Source of the DNA: an uncultured bacterium
GTDB lineage: Bacteria > SAR324 > NAC60-12
Reading direction: 5' to 3'
Assembly: GCA_964010765.1 (NCBI GenBank)
Contig: CAXGMD010000011.1
Location: forward strand, 1-62,090
DNA length: 62,090 nt
Every line of letters starts with the position of its first letter. Within the stretch, counting starts at the first letter, position 1. Of the stretch, positions 42,901 to 51,779 are shown one piece after another. The notes under the pieces were generated by a model that saw only the letters and a program-made list of their open reading frames with translations, did not search any database and was not told the DNA's origin. Both the position numbers and the translations under genes were made by a program.

Positions 42901-43773
42901 ATGAAAGAGCTCTACCATAATTACAAAAACAACGGTTTTGTTGTCATCCCCAATTTATTTGACGAATCAAAAATAAATGACTTACTCGCCGAGACTCTTC
43001 GGCTTTGCAGAGAAGAAGGTAGCAAGCTCCCCAAAACTCACCTATTGACGAATGAATCAAGACCACCTTCCAGTCTTGACGAACTAAGTAACGACGATCT
43101 AGTCTCCCATTTCCTCGCACTGCATTTTCCCCACAAGATGTCCTCTTTATTCGGGTCTATGCTAGATGCCCCAGAGCTAGTTCCCTTTTTGGTAGATCTC
43201 ATTGGTCCCAACGTCAAGTGCATGCAATCCATGCTGTTCGTAAAGAAAGCTGGCAAGCCAGGTCAGGCATGGCATCAAGATGAGCACTTCATACCCACAC
43301 GGGACCGCTCATTGACAGGAGTCTGGATTGCGCTGGATGACGCCACCATTGAAAATGGATGCCTTTGGGTCATTCCAGGTTCACACAAAGCTGGAGTACT
43401 CTATCCAGTGCGTTCACCAGTAACTGAAGAATATGATGGTGCCCCTGAAGCTTTCGATTATCCGCATTCACCTGATGAGGCTGTTCCTGTCGAAGTAACC
43501 AAGGGCAGTGTCGTCATATTTCATGGATACCTGCTGCATTCTTCTCTGAAAAATCGTGCTGAAGAAAGATACCGTCGAGCCCTCGTTCATCATTACATGA
43601 GTGCAGAGTCTCTACTTCCTTGGGATTGCGGAGGACAAATCCCATCGACCAGAGACAATCGGGACATTGTAATGGTTTGTGGAAAGGACCCTTACAATTG
43701 GAAGGGCACTGAGGACGTCCTAAAGCCATATATCCGTGGTGAGCGGATTCCTTCTCAAACCGTAGAGAATTAG
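42901..43773 (+). CDS. phytanoyl-CoA dioxygenase family Fe(II)/2-oxoglutarate oxygenase
   Basis: WHQD (HxD), WIALDDA..ENGCL..IPGSH, LLHSS, RRAL. Confidence 0.92.
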   Translation: MKELYHNYKNNGFVVIPNLFDESKINDLLAETLRLCREEGSKLPKTHLLTNESRPPSSLDELSNDDLVSHFLALHFPHKMSSLFGSMLDAPELVPFLVDLIGPNVKCMQSMLFVKKAGKPGQAWHQDEHFIPTRDRSLTGVWIALDDATIENGCLWVIPGSHKAGVLYPVRSPVTEEYDGAPEAFDYPHSPDEAVPVEVTKGSVVIFHGYLLHSSLKNRAEERYRRALVHHYMSAESLLPWDCGGQIPSTRDNRDIVMVCGKDPYNWKGTEDVLKPYIRGERIPSQTVEN

Positions 43774-43789
43774 GCTGGATGGAGATCTA

Positions 43790-44581
43790 ATGGGTAGACC
43801 GACTGTTCGTGAATTATTAAACCTGAAAGGGGTTCGCCAGCTCTCCGAAGTGCTTGTTAGAACTGAAGAAGAAGCCTTGGCCTGTGAAGAAGCCGGGATT
43901 GACTTATTGATTACCGTTGCTGGGGAGCAAGCACGCAAGATCAGAGCAGCAGCACCAAATACCTTTCTGACAATGGGTATCCTTTACGGGGAATGTACTT
44001 CCCCATCGGAAGCAATCAAAGCAGGTTTTGCAGCATTAAAAGATGGGGCTGATGCGGTCTATGCTTGTATGAGCATTCCTTTTATCGAGGCGATGTCCAA
44101 GGAAGGCATACCTGTTGTCGGCCATGTTGGTTTGGTTCCACAAAAGCGAACCTGGACGGGAGGATTTCGAGCTGTCGGAAAAACAGCGGAGGAAGCTCTA
44201 AAGGTATATCAAGATACCTTAGCTCATCAGGAAGCAGGAGCTTTTGCGGTCGAAATGGAAGTGGTCCCGGTCGAAGTTGCTTCAGAAATTTCAAAACGGA
44301 TGGAGTTGCTCGTGATCTCAATGGGAAGTGGCAATGGCTGTGATGCCCAATATCTCTTCGCTGAAGACATACTGGGTACAAACCGCGGACATGTACCTCG
44401 TCACGCCAAAGTTTACCGAAGGCTTAGCTCTGAATTAGATCGAATTCAAAATGAACGAGTCCAGGCCTTTCGAGAGTACCAAGCTGATGTTCTCTCCGGA
44501 GCTTTCCCAGAGGCAGGAAACACGGTGCGGATTCAAGCAAACGAATATAAAGAATTCTTGAAAAACATCCCTCCTTCTTGA
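43790..44581 (+). CDS. divergent PanB-fold (ketopantoate hydroxymethyltransferase-like) protein
   Basis: Keeps GHVGLVPQ, AGAFAVEMEVVP, EDILG and AKVY; lacks the GDS, AD(L/M)PF and KxEG motifs. Confidence 0.8.
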   Translation: MGRPTVRELLNLKGVRQLSEVLVRTEEEALACEEAGIDLLITVAGEQARKIRAAAPNTFLTMGILYGECTSPSEAIKAGFAALKDGADAVYACMSIPFIEAMSKEGIPVVGHVGLVPQKRTWTGGFRAVGKTAEEALKVYQDTLAHQEAGAFAVEMEVVPVEVASEISKRMELLVISMGSGNGCDAQYLFAEDILGTNRGHVPRHAKVYRRLSSELDRIQNERVQAFREYQADVLSGAFPEAGNTVRIQANEYKEFLKNIPPS

Positions 44582-44625
44582 TCTTCATTCACTTAAAATA
44601 TTTCCCAAAGACTCAGCAAAATCTG

Positions 44626-45069
44626 CTAAGAAATTGAGCCTTTCGGGGGTCCACATTGGGTTTCCAGATTCTCACTAATTATCAATTGTTCGAATCTATG
44701 AGGAAATTGTTCTCCGAGAGGGTCTGAACTTGGGAACATCGTCTCAAACCTGGCTTTGAAAGCATTTTGTAAGGGTCCCAAGCTGTCCCGACTGCATCCT
44801 CGATAGGCGACCAGTGCCTCTAGGTGTACCCCTCCGCCAGCAGCTGCATTTTCAGCAATCTGATCGTAGTTGCTCTTCAAATATGCCGTGTACATGTCGC
44901 AAGATGTGGTTGTTGAAGAGAAAGCGACAATGATTTCGGTACTTACAATAATCCCAACGCCTGTCTTGGGCTTATGACCATCCAGATTAGTGTCTTCTTC
45001 ATGACAAGCCCAACCGTAGGAGACGAAAACGGTCAAAATAATGATCACAAACAATAAACTGGTTCTCAT
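44626..45069 (-). CDS. secreted DUF3015-like protein, paralogue D
   Basis: Signal peptide; STTTSC...NYDQIAENAAAGGGVHLEAL..YRGC...C pattern. Confidence 0.7.
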   Translation of the reverse strand: MRTSLLFVIIILTVFVSYGWACHEEDTNLDGHKPKTGVGIIVSTEIIVAFSSTTTSCDMYTAYLKSNYDQIAENAAAGGGVHLEALVAYRGCSRDSLGPLQNAFKARFETMFPSSDPLGEQFPHRFEQLIISENLETQCGPPKGSIS

Positions 45070-45095
45070 TGGAGACTCCTAGGAAAAGAGCTGAA

Positions 45096-45557
45096 TCAAG
45101 AAGCAATCATCTCAGAGCTCTGGCAAGCCTGACGAAGTTGATCGTTGTTTTGAATGACTAGGCTGATTTCGTTGCGAAGCTTGACCGGATCACCTGGAGC
45201 TTTGTACAGTGTCTTATAGTTTTGGCTCAATTCGGATTTTAGAATTCCCACTACAGGCTTCTGGCAGCCAGAGAAACGAGCTATGGCTTCAAGGTGTTCC
45301 CCTTGACCCTGCGCTATCTGTTCCTGGATCGCATCATACTGTTGCCACAAATAGGCTGTGTACATATCACAAGATGTGCTGGTCGAACTGGAAATCGTAA
45401 TATTTTCAGTATATTGGAGAATACCTGCGCTTTTTCCCCACTTGTAGTGTCCCTTACTTAGTGCTGTAAAATCTCCTTCGTGGCAGGCAAAGATATTGAA
45501 AGCCCCCCAGGAGGCCGACAAGGATACTAGTAGTGTAAACTTTATGAGTATCTTCAT
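45096..45557 (-). CDS. secreted DUF3015-like protein, paralogue C
   Basis: ATG 45557 with SD GAGGA; STSTSC...YDAIQEQIAQGQGEHLEAIA.FSGC...NY..LY...LRQAC. Confidence 0.75.
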   Translation of the reverse strand: MKILIKFTLLVSLSASWGAFNIFACHEGDFTALSKGHYKWGKSAGILQYTENITISSSTSTSCDMYTAYLWQQYDAIQEQIAQGQGEHLEAIARFSGCQKPVVGILKSELSQNYKTLYKAPGDPVKLRNEISLVIQNNDQLRQACQSSEMIAS

Positions 45558-45626
45558 TATGCTTCCTCTATGAACAAAGATTTGTAGATTGACCCAATTG
45601 GTCATCAAGAGCCCAATGAACAAAAT

Positions 45627-46103
45627 TTAAGCTTCTGAAATCAGTTGGCGTTGACAAACATCTCGAAGTTGGTCGTTATCTTCAATAAGTTTATTGATTC
45701 CAGTTTCCAGCTTGTCTTGAGAATCTTCACCAAGAAAGAGCGTCTTGAAGTTAGCTTTTAGTTCTAAATTGATTGCATCCTTTAGGTATCCTTCACAGCC
45801 ATTGTATCTAGCAATGATTTCTAGATTTACTCCCTCTCCTTGCGCCACCTGTTCTTGAATTTCTTCATATTGATCCCAAAGAAAAGAAGATTATCGGTCT
45901 CTTGAGGTAGTCGAAGAGGTGGATCCAGTACTTCCCTTGGTCATCTGCAATGGGCCTGAACCACTACTACTTCTTGTAAATGTGGGTCGACTACTACGCA
46001 TAGAATGTCCCCCATCATGTCCCGCATGCGCTAAGGGAATTTCTGGTAGACAAAACGCCAAGAAGACCAGTCCGCTTGCCAGCAAATTTTTTACCGTTCT
46101 CAT
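45627..46103 (-). pseudogene. DUF3015-like paralogue B, split by a single in-frame TAA (45891-45893)
   Basis: ORFs 45891-46103 and 45627-45848 share one frame: ...SRDR*SSFLWDQYEEIQEQVAQGEG... The stop aligns with Tyr in the paralogues (DMY/DPY). Confidence 0.85.
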
Positions 46104-46116
46104 TCTAGAATCAATC

Positions 46117-46587
46117 TCAGATTATATTTTTGGAGATTTCACAGTTGTTTCGCAATTTATCATTCTCTTGAATGACTTCCCTTATCGCTCTCTGTAGCGC
46201 ATCAGGATTCGATCTCGTTTCAAATAATTTTCTGTAATTTGTGCTTAGTGCCAAATTGGTTTCAGAACGCATTAAATCCGGACAGTTATTGAATTTTGCA
46301 ATCACTTCAACATGAGGTCCACCGCCTTGAGCCACTTGCTCTTGAATTTCTTCATAATGAAGCCTTAGAAAATTTGCGTACGGGTCGTATCGGTGGTTTC
46401 TGGTACTAGAACTGGAAGATGAAGAATGCTTAGTTGTTGAAAAGATACCGCTACCTCTTGATTCACGAATACTACCCTTCTTGAAGGAGGGTGAGCCTCC
46501 ATAATGTGTTGCACTTACAGAATTGCTCGAGATTAGCAGCCCAATAAAAGTTGAAAATATAATTTTTGGAGGTTTTGATGTGAACAT
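46117..46587 (-). CDS. secreted DUF3015-like protein, paralogue A
   Basis: Signal peptide; Ser-rich segment; YEEIQEQVAQGGGPHVEVIA.FNNC...NY..LF...LRNNC. Confidence 0.75.
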   Translation of the reverse strand: MFTSKPPKIIFSTFIGLLISSNSVSATHYGGSPSFKKGSIRESRGSGIFSTTKHSSSSSSSTRNHRYDPYANFLRLHYEEIQEQVAQGGGPHVEVIAKFNNCPDLMRSETNLALSTNYRKLFETRSNPDALQRAIREVIQENDKLRNNCEISKNII

Positions 46588-46688
46588 TTTTTCCCAGAAA
46601 CTCTAATGATGTGGTTCAAAGTCATATTCATATCAGAAATAGTATTGAAATCTGCACTAATTAATTCCGTGGTTGTTTGCTGACTCAA

Positions 46689-47609
46689 TCAATTTTGAAA
46701 CCTTTGATTCTCACGTATACCCAGATGTGTGTAAGCTAACTGTAGGCTTGGACAAATAAGATTAAGGGATCTTCCCCTTCGAAGCATGGATCCAATGATA
46801 TGCTCATGCTCCGTTTTATAGCCAGATTCCAAGTCTCTCAACATCGAAGCTGTAAAATCGGAGTTGGGCTTTTGCAAAATGCCCAGGGACTGTGCCTGAG
46901 TTTTCTCTGAAATAGGATACTGAGAATTTTTGGCCACGGAACAACATTCGTCAAACATCTGCTTTGTGACTTGTTCCCCAAATTCGGTTGCCATAATCTC
47001 TCCAATATTCGCTCTCATAAGAGTGTTGATTCCCGCCAAAGTTGCTAAAAAGGTCCATTTATCCCACAACGACTGTTCAACGTTGGGACTTCGAACACTT
47101 TCAAAAACAACCAATCTCATTAGTTCATCCAAGCTATTTGCGACTGATTCATGACAAGCATGTCTTGTTCCGTAAGTAAATCGGTGTAAATCGTTCAGTT
47201 GTTTGACCACTCCTTCTTCAGTCAACACCGCTGCAATGTGGGCGACACCTCCCATTACTCGATCTTTTCCAAATTGATCATCCATCAACTGAAGATGATC
47301 GAACCCATTCAACAAAGGTAAGAAAATCGGGTGACCCGGGACGTTACTAACGGTCTTTAAAGCATCTTCCAGATCATAAGCCTTTGGACTGAGCATCACT
47401 AAGTCGAAATCATCTTCTAGCTTCTCTGCAACAACCAATTTGGGATATAGCTGAATTCTTTCGTTGGGAGTTTCAACAATCAACCCTTGCTTCTTAATCA
47501 ACTGGGCTCTTTTGGGGCGAACAAGAAATGTGACATCTGCACCAATTTGGAGGAGTCTTGCTCCAAAATAACCACCTACCCCACCGGCTCCAAGAATTAA
47601 AATTCTCAT
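46689..47609 (-). CDS. ketopantoate reductase (PanE/ApbA) family protein
   Basis: GAGGVGG, KAY, LLNG, WDKW, SMLRD...KTE. Start at ATG 47609 or 47624. Confidence 0.9.
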   Translation of the reverse strand: MRILILGAGGVGGYFGARLLQIGADVTFLVRPKRAQLIKKQGLIVETPNERIQLYPKLVVAEKLEDDFDLVMLSPKAYDLEDALKTVSNVPGHPIFLPLLNGFDHLQLMDDQFGKDRVMGGVAHIAAVLTEEGVVKQLNDLHRFTYGTRHACHESVANSLDELMRLVVFESVRSPNVEQSLWDKWTFLATLAGINTLMRANIGEIMATEFGEQVTKQMFDECCSVAKNSQYPISEKTQAQSLGILQKPNSDFTASMLRDLESGYKTEHEHIIGSMLRRGRSLNLICPSLQLAYTHLGIRENQRFQN

Positions 47610-47867
47610 ATACAAGTAACTCATTCTAGAACGAAATTTTTTGATGTCAGATCTTAAAATTATGTTTTTTAATTTTAGCAGACCAAATAATTACTCAACT
47701 CTTAATCAAAATCTAATTAAAAATTAGTATTTTAGTTGGGTTTGTTTTGCAACAGCTAAAAAGACATTTCGATTTTGAAAAAAATTATTGACCTTATTTA
47801 TTATAAATTATTTACTAATTGGTAGTTGTAAATTTTGCTTCTTAAGTGCATTTTTTGACTAATCGAA

Positions 47868-48944
47868 GTGATGAGAATCCTATTTGTAAACTCAACGAAC
47901 CATTGGGCTGGCATCAAAACATGGATGGCTCACCTCGGCTTTTTTCTGCATCAACGCAATCATCAGGTGTCTTTCATGTGTAGGAAGGGTGACGCATTGG
48001 AGGACTACTGCCAAAAGAATTCAATCCCCGTCAAATCCATGCACTTTGGGGCTGACTACAACCCCATAGCAGTTCAGAGGTTTATCCAGTTGATGAAATC
48101 TGAAAAAATTGATCTGGTAATAACCAATGTCTCTAAGGATATTAGAACTGCTGGAATGGCAGCAAGAATTCTTGGAATTACCCATGTGAATCGTTTGGGT
48201 CTTGCAAGTGATCTCAAAAATTCTTTTCGTCAGCGATGGGAATATAAATATTGGGTTGACCAAGTACTTGTGCCAAGTTCATCCCTCTTAACAACCTTTC
48301 ATCAACGACCAGAATTGAAGGGTAAGGTTAGGAATTTCCAAAATGTGGTCAAGCAAGTTGCGGAGAAACCTTCAAACAACAAAATTCCCCAATTAGCGGT
48401 CGTGGCAAAATTGAGCAGGCGGAAGCAGGTCCATCTTATTTTGGAAGCCCTAGATAGTATGACAGAGTTGCCTTGGCATCTGCACATCGGTGGAGCAGGA
48501 CCAGAAGAACATTCTTTGAGAGATTTGGCAGTCCATCTTGGGTTAGAAGACAGGGTCACTTTTTGGGGATTCGTCGAACCCTACTCCTTTTTAGAAAATA
48601 TGGATATTGGAATTCTGTATTCAACTGATGAGGGGATGCCCAATGCAGTCCTAGAGTACATGGCAAGCGGCTGCGCAGTCGTCGCCTCGGACTTGCCGAG
48701 TATTCGTGAAGTTCTTAGACACAATCACAATGGCCTACTGGTTAATGACCGCGACATCAGCAATCTTGAGTCAAATTTGAGAAGGGTCATAACTGAACCA
48801 GATCTACGGCATCGATTAGGAACGTTCGCAATCCAGCATGTAAAAGCGAACCACAATCTGGAAAAAGTTTTTCAGAAAATTGAAGCGTATTTTAAGAGCT
48901 TAATTATTGAGGATACACCTCAGTATCAACTCAATCCAGCCTAA
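47868..48944 (+). CDS. glycosyltransferase family 4 (GT-B)
   Basis: EGMPNAVLEYMASG, GAGPE, NGLLV. Confidence 0.92.
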   Translation: MMRILFVNSTNHWAGIKTWMAHLGFFLHQRNHQVSFMCRKGDALEDYCQKNSIPVKSMHFGADYNPIAVQRFIQLMKSEKIDLVITNVSKDIRTAGMAARILGITHVNRLGLASDLKNSFRQRWEYKYWVDQVLVPSSSLLTTFHQRPELKGKVRNFQNVVKQVAEKPSNNKIPQLAVVAKLSRRKQVHLILEALDSMTELPWHLHIGGAGPEEHSLRDLAVHLGLEDRVTFWGFVEPYSFLENMDIGILYSTDEGMPNAVLEYMASGCAVVASDLPSIREVLRHNHNGLLVNDRDISNLESNLRRVITEPDLRHRLGTFAIQHVKANHNLEKVFQKIEAYFKSLIIEDTPQYQLNPA

Positions 48945-48946
48945 GA

Positions 48947-50107
48947 CTAATCAAAAATTTCTTGTATTTTGTTGAATAGATCTGATTTTTCCTCGATGCC
49001 TAGCCCTGGTTCTTTTTGTGGTTGGATAAAGCCATCAACAATTTCATAGCCATCTGCAAACCCCCCAAAAGGTTGGAATACTCCCGGATAGCTTTCGGAT
49101 CCACCAGTTTGAAGACCCGCAGCAATGTTCAATGCCAGTTGATGACCTCCATGCGGAATCAGCCGACGTCGACTCCATCCAAAATTCTCAACAAGTTTAA
49201 TGATTTCTAGATAGTGTGTTAAACCGTATGACAAAGCAGGGTCCAACTGAATCCAGTCCCGATCTGGTCTAAGACCACCGTGTCGCAACAGGTTCTGGAG
49301 TCCATGTTTTGAAAAAAGATTTTCACCGGTAGCGATTGAGGGGACATATCTTTCAGCTAGAATCGCATGTGACAGAAAATCTTCTGGATCCAATGGTTCT
49401 TCATACCACATCAAGTTGTAGTGCTGAATTGAATCGGCAAATACCAAAGCTTCATTTAAATCAAATCGTGCATTGGCATCAACACACAGATTTTCTCCCT
49501 TCCCTACTACTGAAAGTGCTGCCTTAATTCTCCTTAAATCTTCATCAATAGAATCTCCGCCAACCTTCATTTTTAATACTTTATAACCCTGATCCTGATA
49601 CTTTTTAAATTCATCTTTTAATCCATCATCTCCCTTACCAGGGTAGTAGTATCCACCACCTGGATAAACAAATACCTTTTCATCAAATTGGTCCTTATTA
49701 AACTTTTCTGAGAGAATTCTCCAAAGTGGCTTTTCATAGGCTTTAGCATGGAGATCCCAAAACGCCATGTCCAAGGCTCCAGCCGCCACAGCCCTATCCC
49801 CATGCCCTCCTGGTTTTTCATTTTGCATAAATGTTTGCCAAATTTTCCTCGGATCTAAGACACCGTTTTCATCCAGATCCAAAGAAAGATCCGAATTAGA
49901 AATTCTTGGCAAAAACCTTTCTTTAATAATTTGACATTGAGCGTAACGTCCATTTGAACAAAAACCATAACCTCGTATTAATTTTCCACCGTATTCTGCA
50001 TCAACAACAGCCACTGATATCGTCATCTCACTGAAGTTAATGTAGGCATTTCTGATATTGCTATCAATGCGTGCTTTCTGAGTCTGAATATTTCGTATTT
50101 TCATCAT
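48947..50107 (-). CDS. tarD: D-tartrate dehydratase-like enzyme (mandelate racemase subgroup)
   Basis: IRNAYINF, SNGRY, NEKPGGHG, GGYYYPGK, KMK, DAN, EEP, TGEN, PHGGHQ, ESYP. Start reassigned to 50107. Confidence 0.85.
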   Translation of the reverse strand: MMKIRNIQTQKARIDSNIRNAYINFSEMTISVAVVDAEYGGKLIRGYGFCSNGRYAQCQIIKERFLPRISNSDLSLDLDENGVLDPRKIWQTFMQNEKPGGHGDRAVAAGALDMAFWDLHAKAYEKPLWRILSEKFNKDQFDEKVFVYPGGGYYYPGKGDDGLKDEFKKYQDQGYKVLKMKVGGDSIDEDLRRIKAALSVVGKGENLCVDANARFDLNEALVFADSIQHYNLMWYEEPLDPEDFLSHAILAERYVPSIATGENLFSKHGLQNLLRHGGLRPDRDWIQLDPALSYGLTHYLEIIKLVENFGWSRRRLIPHGGHQLALNIAAGLQTGGSESYPGVFQPFGGFADGYEIVDGFIQPQKEPGLGIEEKSDLFNKIQEIFD

Positions 50108-50518
50108 AAAACTTAGTATCTCTTGATTTGAAAAAGAGAAAAACGCTAGGGGATCAGCGATAAATTGACAAGAAAAATTAGGGACGAACTTCTCTTGCAT
50201 CGAAGAAGAAATCGCAGCGCTAATTAAGGGCTGCACCAATTTTTTTCTGATCTGCAATTTAAACCTATTTACCCCCTCCAAGAAATCATCCTGATCGGAA
50301 AGAATTACGATTCAGCCCTGACTAAATTCTAAATAACTGATATTAAATTTAAAAAATTTAAATTTATTTATTCATGATCATCTTCAGAAAAATTTTATTG
50401 GCACAATCTAAAATTCAAAGGCACTGTTGTGAACGAACAGATTGAAACTATCTTCCACCCACTCCTTAGTTGCCCCCATTCAAACAGGGAAGCTTAACAT
50501 TGGCGGATAATTACAGAC

Positions 50519-51310
50519 TTGATGGAATCCCTGAGTTTTCTTGATTTTTTTCAATTAGATATTTTCCTGATCTTTGTATTTGCGGGGATAATAAAGGGCC
50601 TGATTGGCATGGGAGTACCGATGATTACTCTCTCATTGATGAGCGTCTTTCAACCAATCCCAAGTGCTGTCGTCGTCACCTTGCTTCCAAGCTTCTTGAC
50701 CAACATCTGGCAGGCTGCGCGTGGAGGAAATTTTCGCATTCTCTGGAGCAAGTTGTGGGGAATGATGCTCATGGTGCCAGGTGGAATCTGGTTAGGATCA
50801 GAGATGTTACGCTTCTTTGATCCTAGTTGGTTTTCAGTGCTTCTGGGCGGATTACTCATTCTCTTCGCGATAGCTAGCCTTTCAGGTTTCATCATGCGGG
50901 TTCCTCAAGGTCGAGAAAATCGCTGGGGTGCTGTCGTTGGGCTCTTGAGCGGTTTGGTCACGGGGATGACTGGAATTTTTTCTGTTCCAACAGTCTTCTA
51001 CCTTCATGGTCTAGAACTGACCCGAGATCAGCTCATTCAAGCGCTTGGGATCTTGTTTGTTCTTGTAACCATTTTCCTAGCAGCTGCGCTCCAACGCATC
51101 GGAGTTCTGCATGAAAAGCAACTGATGCTCTCGGTCGGAGCCCTCTTTGGGACAATATGTGGGATGCTGATTGGTCAACAAATTCGTCGCTATATCTCAG
51201 AGGGACTATTCCGCAAAATTTTCCTCAGTTTTCTGATGGTTTTAGGCACTTATATTGTCACCAATGCTCTGAATGATTTGGGTGTTCTTAGCTTCTCAAT
51301 CAGTGAGTAA
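50519..51310 (+). CDS. TauE/SafE (TSUP) family membrane protein
   Basis: AGIIKGLIGMG and GLLSGLVTGMTG repeat; about 8 TM segments. Confidence 0.88.
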   Translation: MMESLSFLDFFQLDIFLIFVFAGIIKGLIGMGVPMITLSLMSVFQPIPSAVVVTLLPSFLTNIWQAARGGNFRILWSKLWGMMLMVPGGIWLGSEMLRFFDPSWFSVLLGGLLILFAIASLSGFIMRVPQGRENRWGAVVGLLSGLVTGMTGIFSVPTVFYLHGLELTRDQLIQALGILFVLVTIFLAAALQRIGVLHEKQLMLSVGALFGTICGMLIGQQIRRYISEGLFRKIFLSFLMVLGTYIVTNALNDLGVLSFSISE

Positions 51311-51329
51311 TTATTTTAACCGGTAAATA

Positions 51330-51779
51330 ATGTCCGAATCCAGAGAGTACCCCACTCGCCCATTTGTTGGCGTGGGAGTCGTTGTTTTAAAGGATGAAAA
51401 TGTATTGCTAATCCGACGGGGTCGGCCACCACGGATGGGAGAGTGGAGTCTACCAGGGGGAGCCCAGTCCATTGGAGAAACCGTTGAGGAGACTGCCTGC
51501 AGGGAAGTCTTGGAAGAAACTGGTGTGCAAATTCAGCAGCCCCAGTTTCTGGAAGTTGTGGACTCCATCATTCGAGATGATCATCAACAAGTACGCTTCC
51601 ACTATACCCTGATTGATTACTGGGCCAATTGGGAATCAGGAACTCCAGTAGGTTCAGATGACGCGCGGGATGCAGAGTGGATTTCTTTCGATAAACTGGA
51701 AGATCTGGGGTTATGGTCAAAAACGGTCGAAGTCATCCAGAAAGCCAGGAAACTCAGAGAAAGCATTACTATTAGCTAA
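51330..51779 (+). CDS. NUDIX hydrolase
   Basis: GGAQSIGETVEETACREVLEETG Nudix box. Confidence 0.93.
   Translation: MSESREYPTRPFVGVGVVVLKDENVLLIRRGRPPRMGEWSLPGGAQSIGETVEETACREVLEETGVQIQQPQFLEVVDSIIRDDHQQVRFHYTLIDYWANWESGTPVGSDDARDAEWISFDKLEDLGLWSKTVEVIQKARKLRESITIS

Noticed and set aside
44626..46587. Array as a diversity-generating retroelement or integron cassette array
   Set aside because: No reverse transcriptase, no adenine-specific template/variable repeat pair, no integrase and no recognisable attC sites; spacers are short.
50108..50281. N-terminal extension of the tarD ORF (similar cases at 35001-35144, 38791-38934, 45558-45623, 25146-25226)
   Set aside because: Family homology, signal peptides or RBSs begin at downstream starts; these are longest-ORF artefacts.
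50344..50366. TAAATTTAAA-AAA-TTTAAATTTA palindrome as an operator
   Set aside because: Low-complexity AT tract, likely to arise by chance.
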